Of a stretch of 64,000 nucleotides of DNA, positions 1 through 10,090 are shown piece after piece. Position 1 is the first letter of the stretch; every line of letters begins with the position of its first letter. The position numbers and the translations under genes are program-made. The stretch is from Candidatus Aminicenantes bacterium (GTDB lineage Bacteria; Acidobacteriota; Aminicenantia; Aminicenantales; JAFGBC01): assembly GCA_963702005.1 (NCBI GenBank), contig OY969696.1:4160001-4224000 (forward strand), given 5' to 3'. The notes beneath the pieces were generated by a model. That model was not told the DNA's origin. It did not search any database and was given only the letters and a program-made list of their open reading frames with translations.

Positions 1-1620
1 AACCGTTCATCCTCCTTACTCCTACCAGCTTCCTTACAACCGGTTCCCGGCTCGCGTCGAGATCTACGACCTCGCCGGAAAGAAGGTTGTCGAGTTGTGC
101 GACAAGCCTCTCCAGGACACGATCCCGGTCGCCTTCGACGCCGTCGAGGCCGGACCGCGCGATCACCAATGGCGGGACGACACGCCGGCGACCGTCGTCT
201 GGTGCGAAGCCCAGGACGGCGGGGATCCGGCCAAGCCGGCCAAAATCCGGGACCGCCTCTACCAGCTTCCCGCGCCGTTCAACGGAGAGCGCCGGCTCCT
301 CTGCGGAACGGTAAACCGTTTCGCCGGCGTCACCTGGGGGGACGGACGGACGGCCGTCGTCCAGGACTCCTGGTGGAAGAACCGCAACACGAAACCTACC
401 TCATCGACCCTTCCGGAGAAAATCCGTCGCCCCGGATTCTCTTCGACCTGTCCTCCGAAGACCTCTACGCCCAGCCCGGGTGGTTCGTCGCCGCGCCCAA
501 CGCGCTCGGGCGCTACGCGCTTCTCTTCAGCAAGGACAAGTCCAAGCTCTACCTCCGGGGCGAGGGCTATTCCCCCCAGGGCAACCGGCCTTTCCTCGAC
601 GAGTTCGTCCTGAAGACGGGAAAGGCCCGGCGCCTGTGGCGGGCCGACGGTCTGAAAACCTACGAGTCGATCGTCGACGTCCTGGACATCCGGAAGAAAA
701 CGCTCGTCGTCCGGATCGAGAGCCCGACCGATTATCCCAACTACTTCATTCGCGGGTTCGACTCCAAGCGGCCGCCCCGGCAAGTGACCTTCTTCGAGAA
801 TCCCTATAAATCGCTGGCGGGCGTCAGCAAACAAATGATCGCCTACAAGAGGGAGGACGGCGTCGACCTCAAGGGAACCCTCTACCTGCCCGCCGGCTAC
901 GACCCCAAGCGGGACGGCCGCCTCCCGATGCTCATGGAGGCCTACCCCGTCGAGTACAAAGACAAGGCCGCGGCCGGACAGGTCGACGATTCCCCCCACC
1001 GGTTCGTGTTCCTCTACTGGGGCTCGCCCGTGTTCTGGGTCGCGCGCGGCTACGCCGTCCTCGAAAGCGCCGCCTTCCCCGTCGTGGGTCAGGGCAAGGA
1101 AGAGCCCAACGACACCTACGTCGAGCAGCTCGTCATGGACGGAAAAGCCGCCATCGACGCCGTCGACCGGATGGGCGTCGTCGATCCCAAACGGGTCGGC
1201 GTCATGGGGCACTCCTACGGCGCGTTCATGGTCGCCAACCTCCTGGCCCATTCCGACCTGTTCGCGGCCGGGATCGCCCGCAGCGGCGCTTACAACCGGA
1301 GCCTGACGCCGTTCGGTTTCCAGGCCAAGGAGCGGACCTACTGGCAGGCCCAGTCCCTCTACCTCCGGATGTCGCCCTTCAACTACGCCGACAAGATCAA
1401 CGAGCCTTTGCTCCTCATTCACGGCGACGCCGACAACAACCCGGGGACCTTCACGCTCCAGAGCGAGAGGCTGTTCCTGGCCATCAAGGGATTGGGCGGG
1501 AAGGCCCGCCTCGTCCTCCTCCCCTACGAGAGCCACGGCTACGCCGCGCGCGAAAACATCCTCCACATGCTCTGGGAGATGGACGCTTGGCTGGAGAAAT
1601 ACGTCAAGGGCGCTCATTAG
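1..1620 (+). CDS. S9 family (prolyl oligopeptidase-like) peptidase, 5' end outside the window, frameshift near 392-394
   Basis: GHSYG nucleophile motif, HGDADNN and ESHGY catalytic Asp/His regions. The N-terminal part reads in the frame of ORF 95..613 up to SWWKNRNTK and continues as TYLIDPS in ORF 97..1620; one A is missing from an AAA run. Confidence 0.88.
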   Translation, partial: NRSSSLLLPASLQPVPGSRRDLRPRRKEGCRVVRQASPGHDPGRLRRRRGRTARSPMAGRHAGDRRLVRSPGRRGSGQAGQNPGPPLPASRAVQRRAPAPLRNGKPFRRRHLGGRTDGRRPGLLVEEPQHETYLIDPSGENPSPRILFDLSSEDLYAQPGWFVAAPNALGRYALLFSKDKSKLYLRGEGYSPQGNRPFLDEFVLKTGKARRLWRADGLKTYESIVDVLDIRKKTLVVRIESPTDYPNYFIRGFDSKRPPRQVTFFENPYKSLAGVSKQMIAYKREDGVDLKGTLYLPAGYDPKRDGRLPMLMEAYPVEYKDKAAAGQVDDSPHRFVFLYWGSPVFWVARGYAVLESAAFPVVGQGKEEPNDTYVEQLVMDGKAAIDAVDRMGVVDPKRVGVMGHSYGAFMVANLLAHSDLFAAGIARSGAYNRSLTPFGFQAKERTYWQAQSLYLRMSPFNYADKINEPLLLIHGDADNNPGTFTLQSERLFLAIKGLGGKARLVLLPYESHGYAARENILHMLWEMDAWLEKYVKGAH

Positions 1621-1703
1621 CTTGAACCCCCGTCCGCCGCTCATTTGACCGCCCCGGGGTCCTATGGTATGTAAGGAGTAAAGATAGAGGCGGAGATCGC
1701 GAC

Positions 1704-3107
<1,404 letters not shown>

Positions 3108-3131
3108 GTTCAAGATGTCGCGGGAGAGATA

Positions 3132-5828
3132 ATGGGGTATCGAGCAATCACGGCCTCAATAATCGCCCTCACCCTCCTCGCCGGAACGGCTTGTCGAAAT
3201 GCGGACAAGGCCGCAGCCAATCCCGACAGCGAGGCCGTCGGGGCGGGCGGGCCGAACCGCACCGTCCTGCCCGTGAACCAGGTCGTGACGCCCGCGGGCG
3301 TTCAAGTCCCGCTCCCCGGCTTGCGTCCCTTGGCCCTCGCCCTGTCTCCGGACGAAAAACTCCTCGCCGTTTCGGGCAAGACCAGCGAGGTCGTCATCAT
3401 CGACCCGGCGAGCGGCCGCATCCGCCAGCGCGTCGTCTTCCCCGCCCATAAAGAAGACCAATCCCATCCCGAAGCCCCGTCGGCGGCCATCCTGTTTCAG
3501 GACAGCGAGGCACAGCTGAGCTATACGGGCCTCATCTTCTCGCCCGACGGGAAATGCCTCTATCTCAGCAACGTCAACGGAGACATCAAGGTTTTCGCCG
3601 TCAGCCCCGACGGGGAGGTCTCGCCCACGCGCGCGCTGCCTCTTCCCGCCGCCCATGCGCCGCGCCGGGAGGAAGAGATCCCGGCCGGATTGGCTCTTTC
3701 CGCCGACGGCCGGCGTTTGTTCGTCTGCGGCAACCTCTCGAACCGGCTTCTCGAGCTCGACGCCGAGACGGGAGCGGTCGTCCGGATCTTCGACGTCGGC
3801 GTCGCGCCCTATGACGTCGTGCTCGCCGCCGGCAAGGCTTATGTCAGCAACTGGGGAGGACGCCGTCCGCGGCCGGGCGACCCGACCGGCCCGGCCGGCC
3901 GCGGGACCGAGGTCAAGGTCGATCGCGAGACCCGGATCGCCTCGGAAGGGTCGGTCAGCGTCATCGACTTGGCCGCCGGCCGAGTCACGAGCGAAATCCT
4001 CGTCCAGAAGCACGCCTCCGCCCTGGCCGTATCCCCAGACGGCAGGTACGTCGTCTGCGCCAACGCCGCGAGCGATAACCTGAGCGTCATCGACGTCCGG
4101 ACCGACGTCGTCGTGAAAACCATCTGGGTCAAGCCGAGCCCGGCCGACTTGTTCGGCGCTTCCCCCAACGCCGTCTGTTTCGCGCCGGACGGCCGCCGGC
4201 TCTACGTCGCCAACGGGACCCAGAACGCCGTCGCCGTCCTGGCCTTCGACCCCGACGAGGGCGACGCGCGTATCGAGGGCTTCATCCCGGTCGGGTGGTA
4301 TCCGGGCGCGATTGTCGACAGCCCGGCGCGGAAATCGCTCTGCGTCGCGAACATCAAAGGGCATGCCGCCGCCCCGGAGCCGTCCGAGGACACCGGCGCC
4401 CCCGGCTTCAACTCTCATCAGTACAGCGGCTCGGTCTCGCTCATCCCCGTCCCCGAGAAGCGCGAGCTGGCCCGGATGTCGGCGACCGTCGAGAAGAACT
4501 ACCGCCGCGAGCGGATCTCGCTCGCCCTCCTTCCGCCCCGCCCCGACCGGCCGCCCCGGCCCGTCCCGGAGCGGATCGGCGAGCCCAGCGTCTTCAATCA
4601 CGTCGTCTACATCATCAAGGAGAACCGGACCTACGATCAGGTTTTGGGCGACGTCGCGGCCGGGAACGGCGACCCCGCCCTCTGTATCTTCGGCGAGCGG
4701 GCGACCCCCAACCAGCACAAGCTGGCCCGCGAGTTCGTCCTTCTCGACAACACATATTGCAGCGGCATCTTGAGCGCCGACGGGCATCAGTGGTCGACGA
4801 CCGCCTTCGCGACCGATTACCTGGAACGGTCCTTCGCGGGCTGGCCGCGGAGCTATCCCGACGGGATGGGGCCGGACGAGATCGACGCCCTGGCCTACGC
4901 CCCCAGCGGCTTCCTCTGGGACAACGCCCTGAAGCACGGGATCTCAATCTGGAACTTCGGGGAATTCGCCATGCCCGACTGCCGCTGGGCCGATCCCAAG
5001 CGCGAGGGGGAACCGGCCTGGCGCGACTTCTGGAGCGAATATCTCCACGGCGACGGCCTGGTTCGCATCGGTTCCCTGCCCGGGATCGAATCGATCGCCC
5101 CGTTCACGCCGGCCGATTATGTCGGCTGGAACATGGACGTCTCCGACGTCTGGCGGGCGCGGGCGATCGTGCGCCAAATCGAGGCCTGGGACAAGGAAGG
5201 CCGGATGCCGCAGCTTGTCCTCATCTGCCTGCCCAACGATCATACCAACGGAACCGAAGCAGGCTCTCCGATCCCCGAAGCCTGTGTCGCCGATAACGAC
5301 CTGGCCTTCGGCCGGATCGTCGAGGCCCTGAGCCGGAGTCGGTTCTGGCCGGAGACGGCCGTCTTCGCCATCGAGGACGATCCCCAGAGCGGCTGGGATC
5401 ACGTCAGCGGCTACCGGACGACGGCTTATTGCGTCAGCCCCTACACGAAGCGCGGGCAAGTCGTCGGCACCCAGTACAACACGACGAGCATCGTGCGGAC
5501 GATCGAACAGATCCTGGGGCTGCCGCCCATGAACCAGTTCGACGCCACGGCGATCCCGATGTTCGACTGCTTCGCCGACACCCCCGACCTCGAACCCTTC
5601 GAGGCCGTGGCCAACCGGGTACCGCTCGACACGATGAATCCCCGCCCAGAGGAGATCGCGGACGTTCTCCTGCGCCGCGACGCCCTGATATCGGCCCGCC
5701 TCGATTTCAGCCGGGTGGACGCTTGCCCCGAGGACGTCCTCAACCGCATCCTGTGGCACGCCGTCAAGGGGAGCGCCGCGCCCTACCCGGCTTGGGCCGT
5801 GTCCGAGCGGCCGGACGAGGATCGGTAG
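3132..5828 (+). CDS. Lipoprotein with YVTN/YncE beta-propeller and alkaline-phosphatase-superfamily phosphoesterase domain
   Basis: Lipobox-like GTAC, repeated SPDG..LYV.N blades, HVVYIIKENRTYDQ, LPNDH and EDDPQSGWDHV motifs. Confidence 0.88.
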   Translation: MGYRAITASIIALTLLAGTACRNADKAAANPDSEAVGAGGPNRTVLPVNQVVTPAGVQVPLPGLRPLALALSPDEKLLAVSGKTSEVVIIDPASGRIRQRVVFPAHKEDQSHPEAPSAAILFQDSEAQLSYTGLIFSPDGKCLYLSNVNGDIKVFAVSPDGEVSPTRALPLPAAHAPRREEEIPAGLALSADGRRLFVCGNLSNRLLELDAETGAVVRIFDVGVAPYDVVLAAGKAYVSNWGGRRPRPGDPTGPAGRGTEVKVDRETRIASEGSVSVIDLAAGRVTSEILVQKHASALAVSPDGRYVVCANAASDNLSVIDVRTDVVVKTIWVKPSPADLFGASPNAVCFAPDGRRLYVANGTQNAVAVLAFDPDEGDARIEGFIPVGWYPGAIVDSPARKSLCVANIKGHAAAPEPSEDTGAPGFNSHQYSGSVSLIPVPEKRELARMSATVEKNYRRERISLALLPPRPDRPPRPVPERIGEPSVFNHVVYIIKENRTYDQVLGDVAAGNGDPALCIFGERATPNQHKLAREFVLLDNTYCSGILSADGHQWSTTAFATDYLERSFAGWPRSYPDGMGPDEIDALAYAPSGFLWDNALKHGISIWNFGEFAMPDCRWADPKREGEPAWRDFWSEYLHGDGLVRIGSLPGIESIAPFTPADYVGWNMDVSDVWRARAIVRQIEAWDKEGRMPQLVLICLPNDHTNGTEAGSPIPEACVADNDLAFGRIVEALSRSRFWPETAVFAIEDDPQSGWDHVSGYRTTAYCVSPYTKRGQVVGTQYNTTSIVRTIEQILGLPPMNQFDATAIPMFDCFADTPDLEPFEAVANRVPLDTMNPRPEEIADVLLRRDALISARLDFSRVDACPEDVLNRILWHAVKGSAAPYPAWAVSERPDEDR

Positions 5829-5834
5829 GCCCGG

Positions 5835-7019
5835 CTATAACTCCCCCAAGTGACCGTAGGCCGCCCTCAAGCGGATGCGGTTCGCCTCGTCCCGCGGCGG
5901 GATTCCTCCGTTGAGAGGGTTGATGATATCGGCGATGCACACGGGCGTCAGCCGGCCCTTGCGGACGGTCGCGTCCGGACAGGCGTGGCAGAGGACATAC
6001 TCCCGGCCGCCGTCCCGAAACTCGGGGGGCGTTTGGATGACGGAGAACCAGAAGCCGATGTCCCGTCCCCTTCCCGAGCGCTTGAGAATCGAGACCGCTT
6101 CCCGGAGCGCCTTCGTCCGCCCGGCGGCTTCGGCGAAAACGGCAAGGATCGCGAGCGGAAACACCGCCGCTCGAGATAGAAAGGGCGCGTAGAGCCATCG
6201 TCCCCGAATGACCCGATGGAGGCGGGCCAAGAATCCGAACAGCCGCGGCGAAAGGATCAAGGACCGCCCCGTCCGGCGGTTGAAGAAGAAGAAATAGACA
6301 AGCCAGCGGACGTCCCCGTCGTCGAGGTTTGAAGGGATGTAGGCGGAGGGCGCCGCAGCCATCTCCAGCCGGAAGCTGTCATATTCGTGGGCCAGCCCCG
6401 GCCCCGTTTGTTCGGGCCGGGCGGGATCGCGGGCCAGGACCGCCAAGGCGCCGTCGAAATACCGATAGCCGGAATAAGCGCGAAGAAGGCTCGGAATCCG
6501 TCCCCGGCTTCCTTCATAGACCGTGAGGGACAGGCCGAACCGAACCCCCCGCCGCTCGAGCTTTTCGAAGACGGCCCGCCGCGCCGCTTCGAGGTCGGGG
6601 TGGACATGGGCCTGCCCCTCGTCGATGTGGACGAGGACGCGGTCGAGCCCGGACGCGGCCAAGCGGTCCAGAAGATCGTCGCCGCCGGTTTCGAGGAACC
6701 GGATCCCGTTCGTCAGGAGCTGGCAGCGGAGGCCGCGGGCTTTAATGTCCGCGACGATGCCGGGAAGCTCGGGGTGAAGGGTCGGCTCTCCCCCCAGGAG
6801 CGTGACGACGCCGGCCTTCCGTTTGGCCAGGGCGAGGCCGACTTCCTCCCGGATCTCGCTCCGCGATTTGACGAGGCTCCGCTCGGAGCTGTAGCAGGAC
6901 CGGCAGCGGATGTTACAGGTTTTGTTCGTCTCGATCGTGAAATGGGGCGTCTCCCGGAGCGGGTACTTGAGCATCCAAGGCCGGTCGGGGCCGGCGGGGC
7001 CGAAGTCCTCAATGCGCAT
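5835..7019 (-). CDS. Radical SAM protein
   Basis: CNIRCRSC (CxxxCxxC), GGEPTLHP, LTNG; C-terminal CHACPD...VC. Start placed at MRIED (7019), overlapping the upstream stop at 7009. Confidence 0.88.
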   Translation of the reverse strand: MRIEDFGPAGPDRPWMLKYPLRETPHFTIETNKTCNIRCRSCYSSERSLVKSRSEIREEVGLALAKRKAGVVTLLGGEPTLHPELPGIVADIKARGLRCQLLTNGIRFLETGGDDLLDRLAASGLDRVLVHIDEGQAHVHPDLEAARRAVFEKLERRGVRFGLSLTVYEGSRGRIPSLLRAYSGYRYFDGALAVLARDPARPEQTGPGLAHEYDSFRLEMAAAPSAYIPSNLDDGDVRWLVYFFFFNRRTGRSLILSPRLFGFLARLHRVIRGRWLYAPFLSRAAVFPLAILAVFAEAAGRTKALREAVSILKRSGRGRDIGFWFSVIQTPPEFRDGGREYVLCHACPDATVRKGRLTPVCIADIINPLNGGIPPRDEANRIRLRAAYGHLGEL

Positions 7020-8511
7020 CGCGGCCGGAGCCTTCTTTCTTTGACGATCTTTCCCGGGCCAGCCGGAGGGCGAAGCCGGGCTCATCCAGAATCCGGTCGA
7101 CGATGTCGCGCCGCGGCTCGCCCGCGCTCCGGGGGCGGATATCGTACCAGCCCGAGGCTTTCAGGATGAAGCTTCGCTCCAGGCCCGGTACGGCCGGCGG
7201 CGCCGGGAAGACGAGATCAACGCTATCGCCCCGGCCGGGCATGTCTTGGAAGACCCCGTCGGTCCGGACGAGCAGGCTCCGCACATCCGCCCCCTTCCCG
7301 TCAATGGCCGCGGCGGCCTGAATCTCGCGGACGGAAATCGGCGCGTCCTCCGAATAATCGACGGCCAGGCTGTCGAGCCTCCAGAATCCGGCCGGCGGCT
7401 TTAGGCGGAGCTTCAGCCTGTCTCCCGGGACATCGCTGACGTTGATGAGGTAAGCCTTCTCCTTGGCCACGTAAGGTCCCCCTCCGTAGATGACGGTCCG
7501 CGGGACCCAACCCGCGGGCGTTTCGACCTGGACCTTGAGAAGGTAGAGCTCTTCCCGGGCATACCAATTCATGAGCCTGGCATAGGCCGGTCCGCGGGCG
7601 TTGACGTTCCGGAAGAACGCCGGGAGGTCGCTCCCCAGATATTCGAGGAAGCTTTTTGCGACCTGAGACCCCCAGAGAGTCGTCCAGGCATCGGCGACGA
7701 GCTTTGCGGTCCGCGCCCCGTCCGGCTTGGGGAATTCGATCACGATTTCGTCCCGGAGACCGTCCGTCCCCGGCTTGCGGCCGGCGGCCGAGGACTCCCA
7801 GAACAGCCCGTCCCTTTTTAGGAGAGCCGCCCTGACATCTCGGTTGTTCCCGTCCACGGCCCTAAGGGGCAGGAGGGGCGCGCGGATCGTGTAGAGCCGC
7901 CCGAAAGAATCGGGCAGAACCCTGACTCCGGCCGGATGATCGATCGCCAGGATCTTGACTTCGTCCGTATGCTCGATTTCCTGGAGCTCGTTCGTCATCC
8001 GCAGCCGGTAGCTCCCCCGCAGGTCCCGGAGCCGTTCGAGCGGAATCCACTCCGTCCGTTCCAGGGCGCGGCAGATCGCCCCTCCGTAAGGCTCGGCCTC
8101 GAGGACGAAGCGCGTCCCATCGAACGTGAAAACAAAGGGACAGGATGTCAGCGGCGGAAAAGGCGAAGGAGCCGTCTTGGCGCTGATGGCCAGGCCCAGT
8201 TCGATGGCCGCGAGGCCTCCAAACAGGATCGCATAGGTTAGATCAGTCTTCCTTACCGTCACCGATTCGATCGTAGCGGCATCGATCGAGACGGCTTTGC
8301 TTTTATCCGACGTTCCCGTAATCCGGCCTTCGGCCAGACGGGGCCTATTGACGATGGTTTCGACGCCATCCTTGGTCCGGACGACGACCGAGGGGCTGCT
8401 CTCGATGGCCGGTTTTTCAGAGGGCGAAAAGCGGATCGTCGTGGTCGAGCAGGCGACGAAAAAGACGACGGCCAGGATCAGGGCCAAAACCTTTCTTGGA
8501 ATGGGACACAT
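7009..8511 (-). CDS. Uncharacterised lipoprotein with an SCPF-type domain
   Basis: Lipobox FVAC, AAGGAGG RBS, SCPFVFTFDG...YRLRMTNELQE...AIDHP segment resembling domains I recall from large secreted proteins; function unknown. Confidence 0.75.
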   Translation of the reverse strand: MCPIPRKVLALILAVVFFVACSTTTIRFSPSEKPAIESSPSVVVRTKDGVETIVNRPRLAEGRITGTSDKSKAVSIDAATIESVTVRKTDLTYAILFGGLAAIELGLAISAKTAPSPFPPLTSCPFVFTFDGTRFVLEAEPYGGAICRALERTEWIPLERLRDLRGSYRLRMTNELQEIEHTDEVKILAIDHPAGVRVLPDSFGRLYTIRAPLLPLRAVDGNNRDVRAALLKRDGLFWESSAAGRKPGTDGLRDEIVIEFPKPDGARTAKLVADAWTTLWGSQVAKSFLEYLGSDLPAFFRNVNARGPAYARLMNWYAREELYLLKVQVETPAGWVPRTVIYGGGPYVAKEKAYLINVSDVPGDRLKLRLKPPAGFWRLDSLAVDYSEDAPISVREIQAAAAIDGKGADVRSLLVRTDGVFQDMPGRGDSVDLVFPAPPAVPGLERSFILKASGWYDIRPRSAGEPRRDIVDRILDEPGFALRLARERSSKKEGSGRDAH

Positions 8512-8522
8512 GGTCTCCTCCT

Positions 8523-9077
8523 TCAGATTCCCATCAAGCGCCGGAGGACGCCGAATTTTTTTTCGGGACTCATTTCCCTGAAATCGTAGCGGGAGGGAGG
8601 GGAAGCTGCGTCCTCGCTTAAGCCGATGAGAAAGCCGAGGGGAATCCCAATCACCAGCCCGGAGAGCGGAACTCCCAAAAGGGCAGCCTGGTACTCCGTG
8701 TTATATTCGGATGTGCACAGCGCAATCACTCCGGTCAAACAAGAGACTAATCCAAATCCCGTCCCGATGGCCCGTCCGGTATGGCTTTTTTGGCCGCACA
8801 ACCGAATGGAACGGATCTCCGTGACGGCGACGGTCTTCGTCTCAACGTTCCAGTAGGGCGAAGGAAGGAACGCGACCTTGTCCTTTTCGAGGCGCGCCAA
8901 CTTGCAGAGATACAGCTGTCCCCCGGTCGTCAGGAGCTCAACTTCGGGGAAGGCTTTGGCCTCCACGACGACCCCCTCCGGAGGGGCGATCCCGGGGGTG
9001 ACGCTCGTGGTCGCGCATCCGGCAAGAGCCAGGCTTAATACGGCCAAGACCGCCCCACTTCCCATTGTCGTTCTCAT
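8523..9077 (-). CDS. Uncharacterised lipoprotein with glycine-rich membrane hairpin
   Basis: Lipobox LAGC, AAGGAGG RBS, two Gly-rich hydrophobic helices. Confidence 0.75.
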   Translation of the reverse strand: MRTTMGSGAVLAVLSLALAGCATTSVTPGIAPPEGVVVEAKAFPEVELLTTGGQLYLCKLARLEKDKVAFLPSPYWNVETKTVAVTEIRSIRLCGQKSHTGRAIGTGFGLVSCLTGVIALCTSEYNTEYQAALLGVPLSGLVIGIPLGFLIGLSEDAASPPSRYDFREMSPEKKFGVLRRLMGI

Positions 9078-9319
9078 CGCTGACCTCCTTTATAAATGAA
9101 AGCCGAACGTTAAGCCGACCGAGCCGCTCGACAGCGAAAGCCGCCGGGCGGGAACGCCGACCGCGGCCATGGCCGGGATGGTGCTGGATCTCTAAAGCGC
9201 GAATGTCGGATCGAGCGAACTTTCGGGGAGAATTTTCGATACTCAGGAAGAGGGCGTCGCCCTCGACTCCCAGCCGAGGGCCGAGCGTCGTCTTGATCTT
9301 GTCCATGGCGTCCCTCTGC

Positions 9320-9381
9320 TTTCAATCTAGGCAAGGCGGGCTGACGGTTGTCAGAACGCCGTCAAGAATATGTCAAGATTT
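9320..9381 (-). promoter_or_regulatory. Triple 11-bp direct repeat (TCTTGACA-like) followed by TAGATTGA, putative OmpR-family-controlled promoter
   Basis: Minus strand AATCTTGACAT/ATTCTTGACGG/CGTTCTGACAA then TAGATTGAAAGC; same architecture as 12541-12605. Confidence 0.7.
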
Positions 9382-9408
9382 CCTGAAGCTCGACTCCCCT
9401 TCCGCCCC

Positions 9409-10090
9409 TTATTTCTTGAATTTATAGCCGGACCAGGGGATGGTCAGGAGGTGGGCGGGACGGGCGGGATCGTCCTCGACCTTCCTCCTGAGGTTGTGGA
9501 TGAAGGTGTCGACGGTCCGTGTCGTCGGAAACTTTTTGTAGCCCCAGACCTCGTTCAGGATCCGCTCCCGGCCGACGACCTCGTCCTCATGACCGACGAG
9601 GAGGCGGAGGAGGGCGAACTCTTTAGCCGTGAGATGGACGGTCCGCCCACCCTTGGTCGCCGTCTGGGTCTTGAAGTCGAGCCGGACGTCGCCAAACGCA
9701 TATTCTTCGAGGCCGGATGAAACGGCCGTCCCCCGGCGCAAGACGGCCCGGATCCGGGCCAGCAGTTCCCGGGCCCCGAACGGTTTCTGGAGATAATCAT
9801 CGGCGCCCAGCTCGAGGCCGAGAACCTTATCGATCTCCTCCTCTCTGGCCGCTTATCATGACGAGCGGGGTCCAGTTTCCCTTGGCCCGCAGCTCCCGGC
9901 AGACGTCGAACCCGCCCTGGCCGGGCAGCGCGACGTCCAGGACGATGAGGTCGAACGGCCGCATGCCCACCAGGCGGAGGCCTTCGTCCCCGTCGTTGGC
10001 GAGCTCGATCTGGAGGCCCTCCGGTTCCAGCGCCGTTTTCAAGGTCTCGGCGAAGGTCCGGTCATCCTCGATGATCAGGATTTTTTTCAT
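9409..10090 (-). CDS. OmpR/PhoB-family response regulator, frameshift near 9840-9846
   Basis: Receiver MKKILIIEDD...LIVLDVALPG in one frame; EEIDKVLGLELGADDYLQKPF and winged helix (LTAKEF, TRTVDTFIHNLRRK) in another. ATGA overlap with the kinase stop. Confidence 0.9.
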
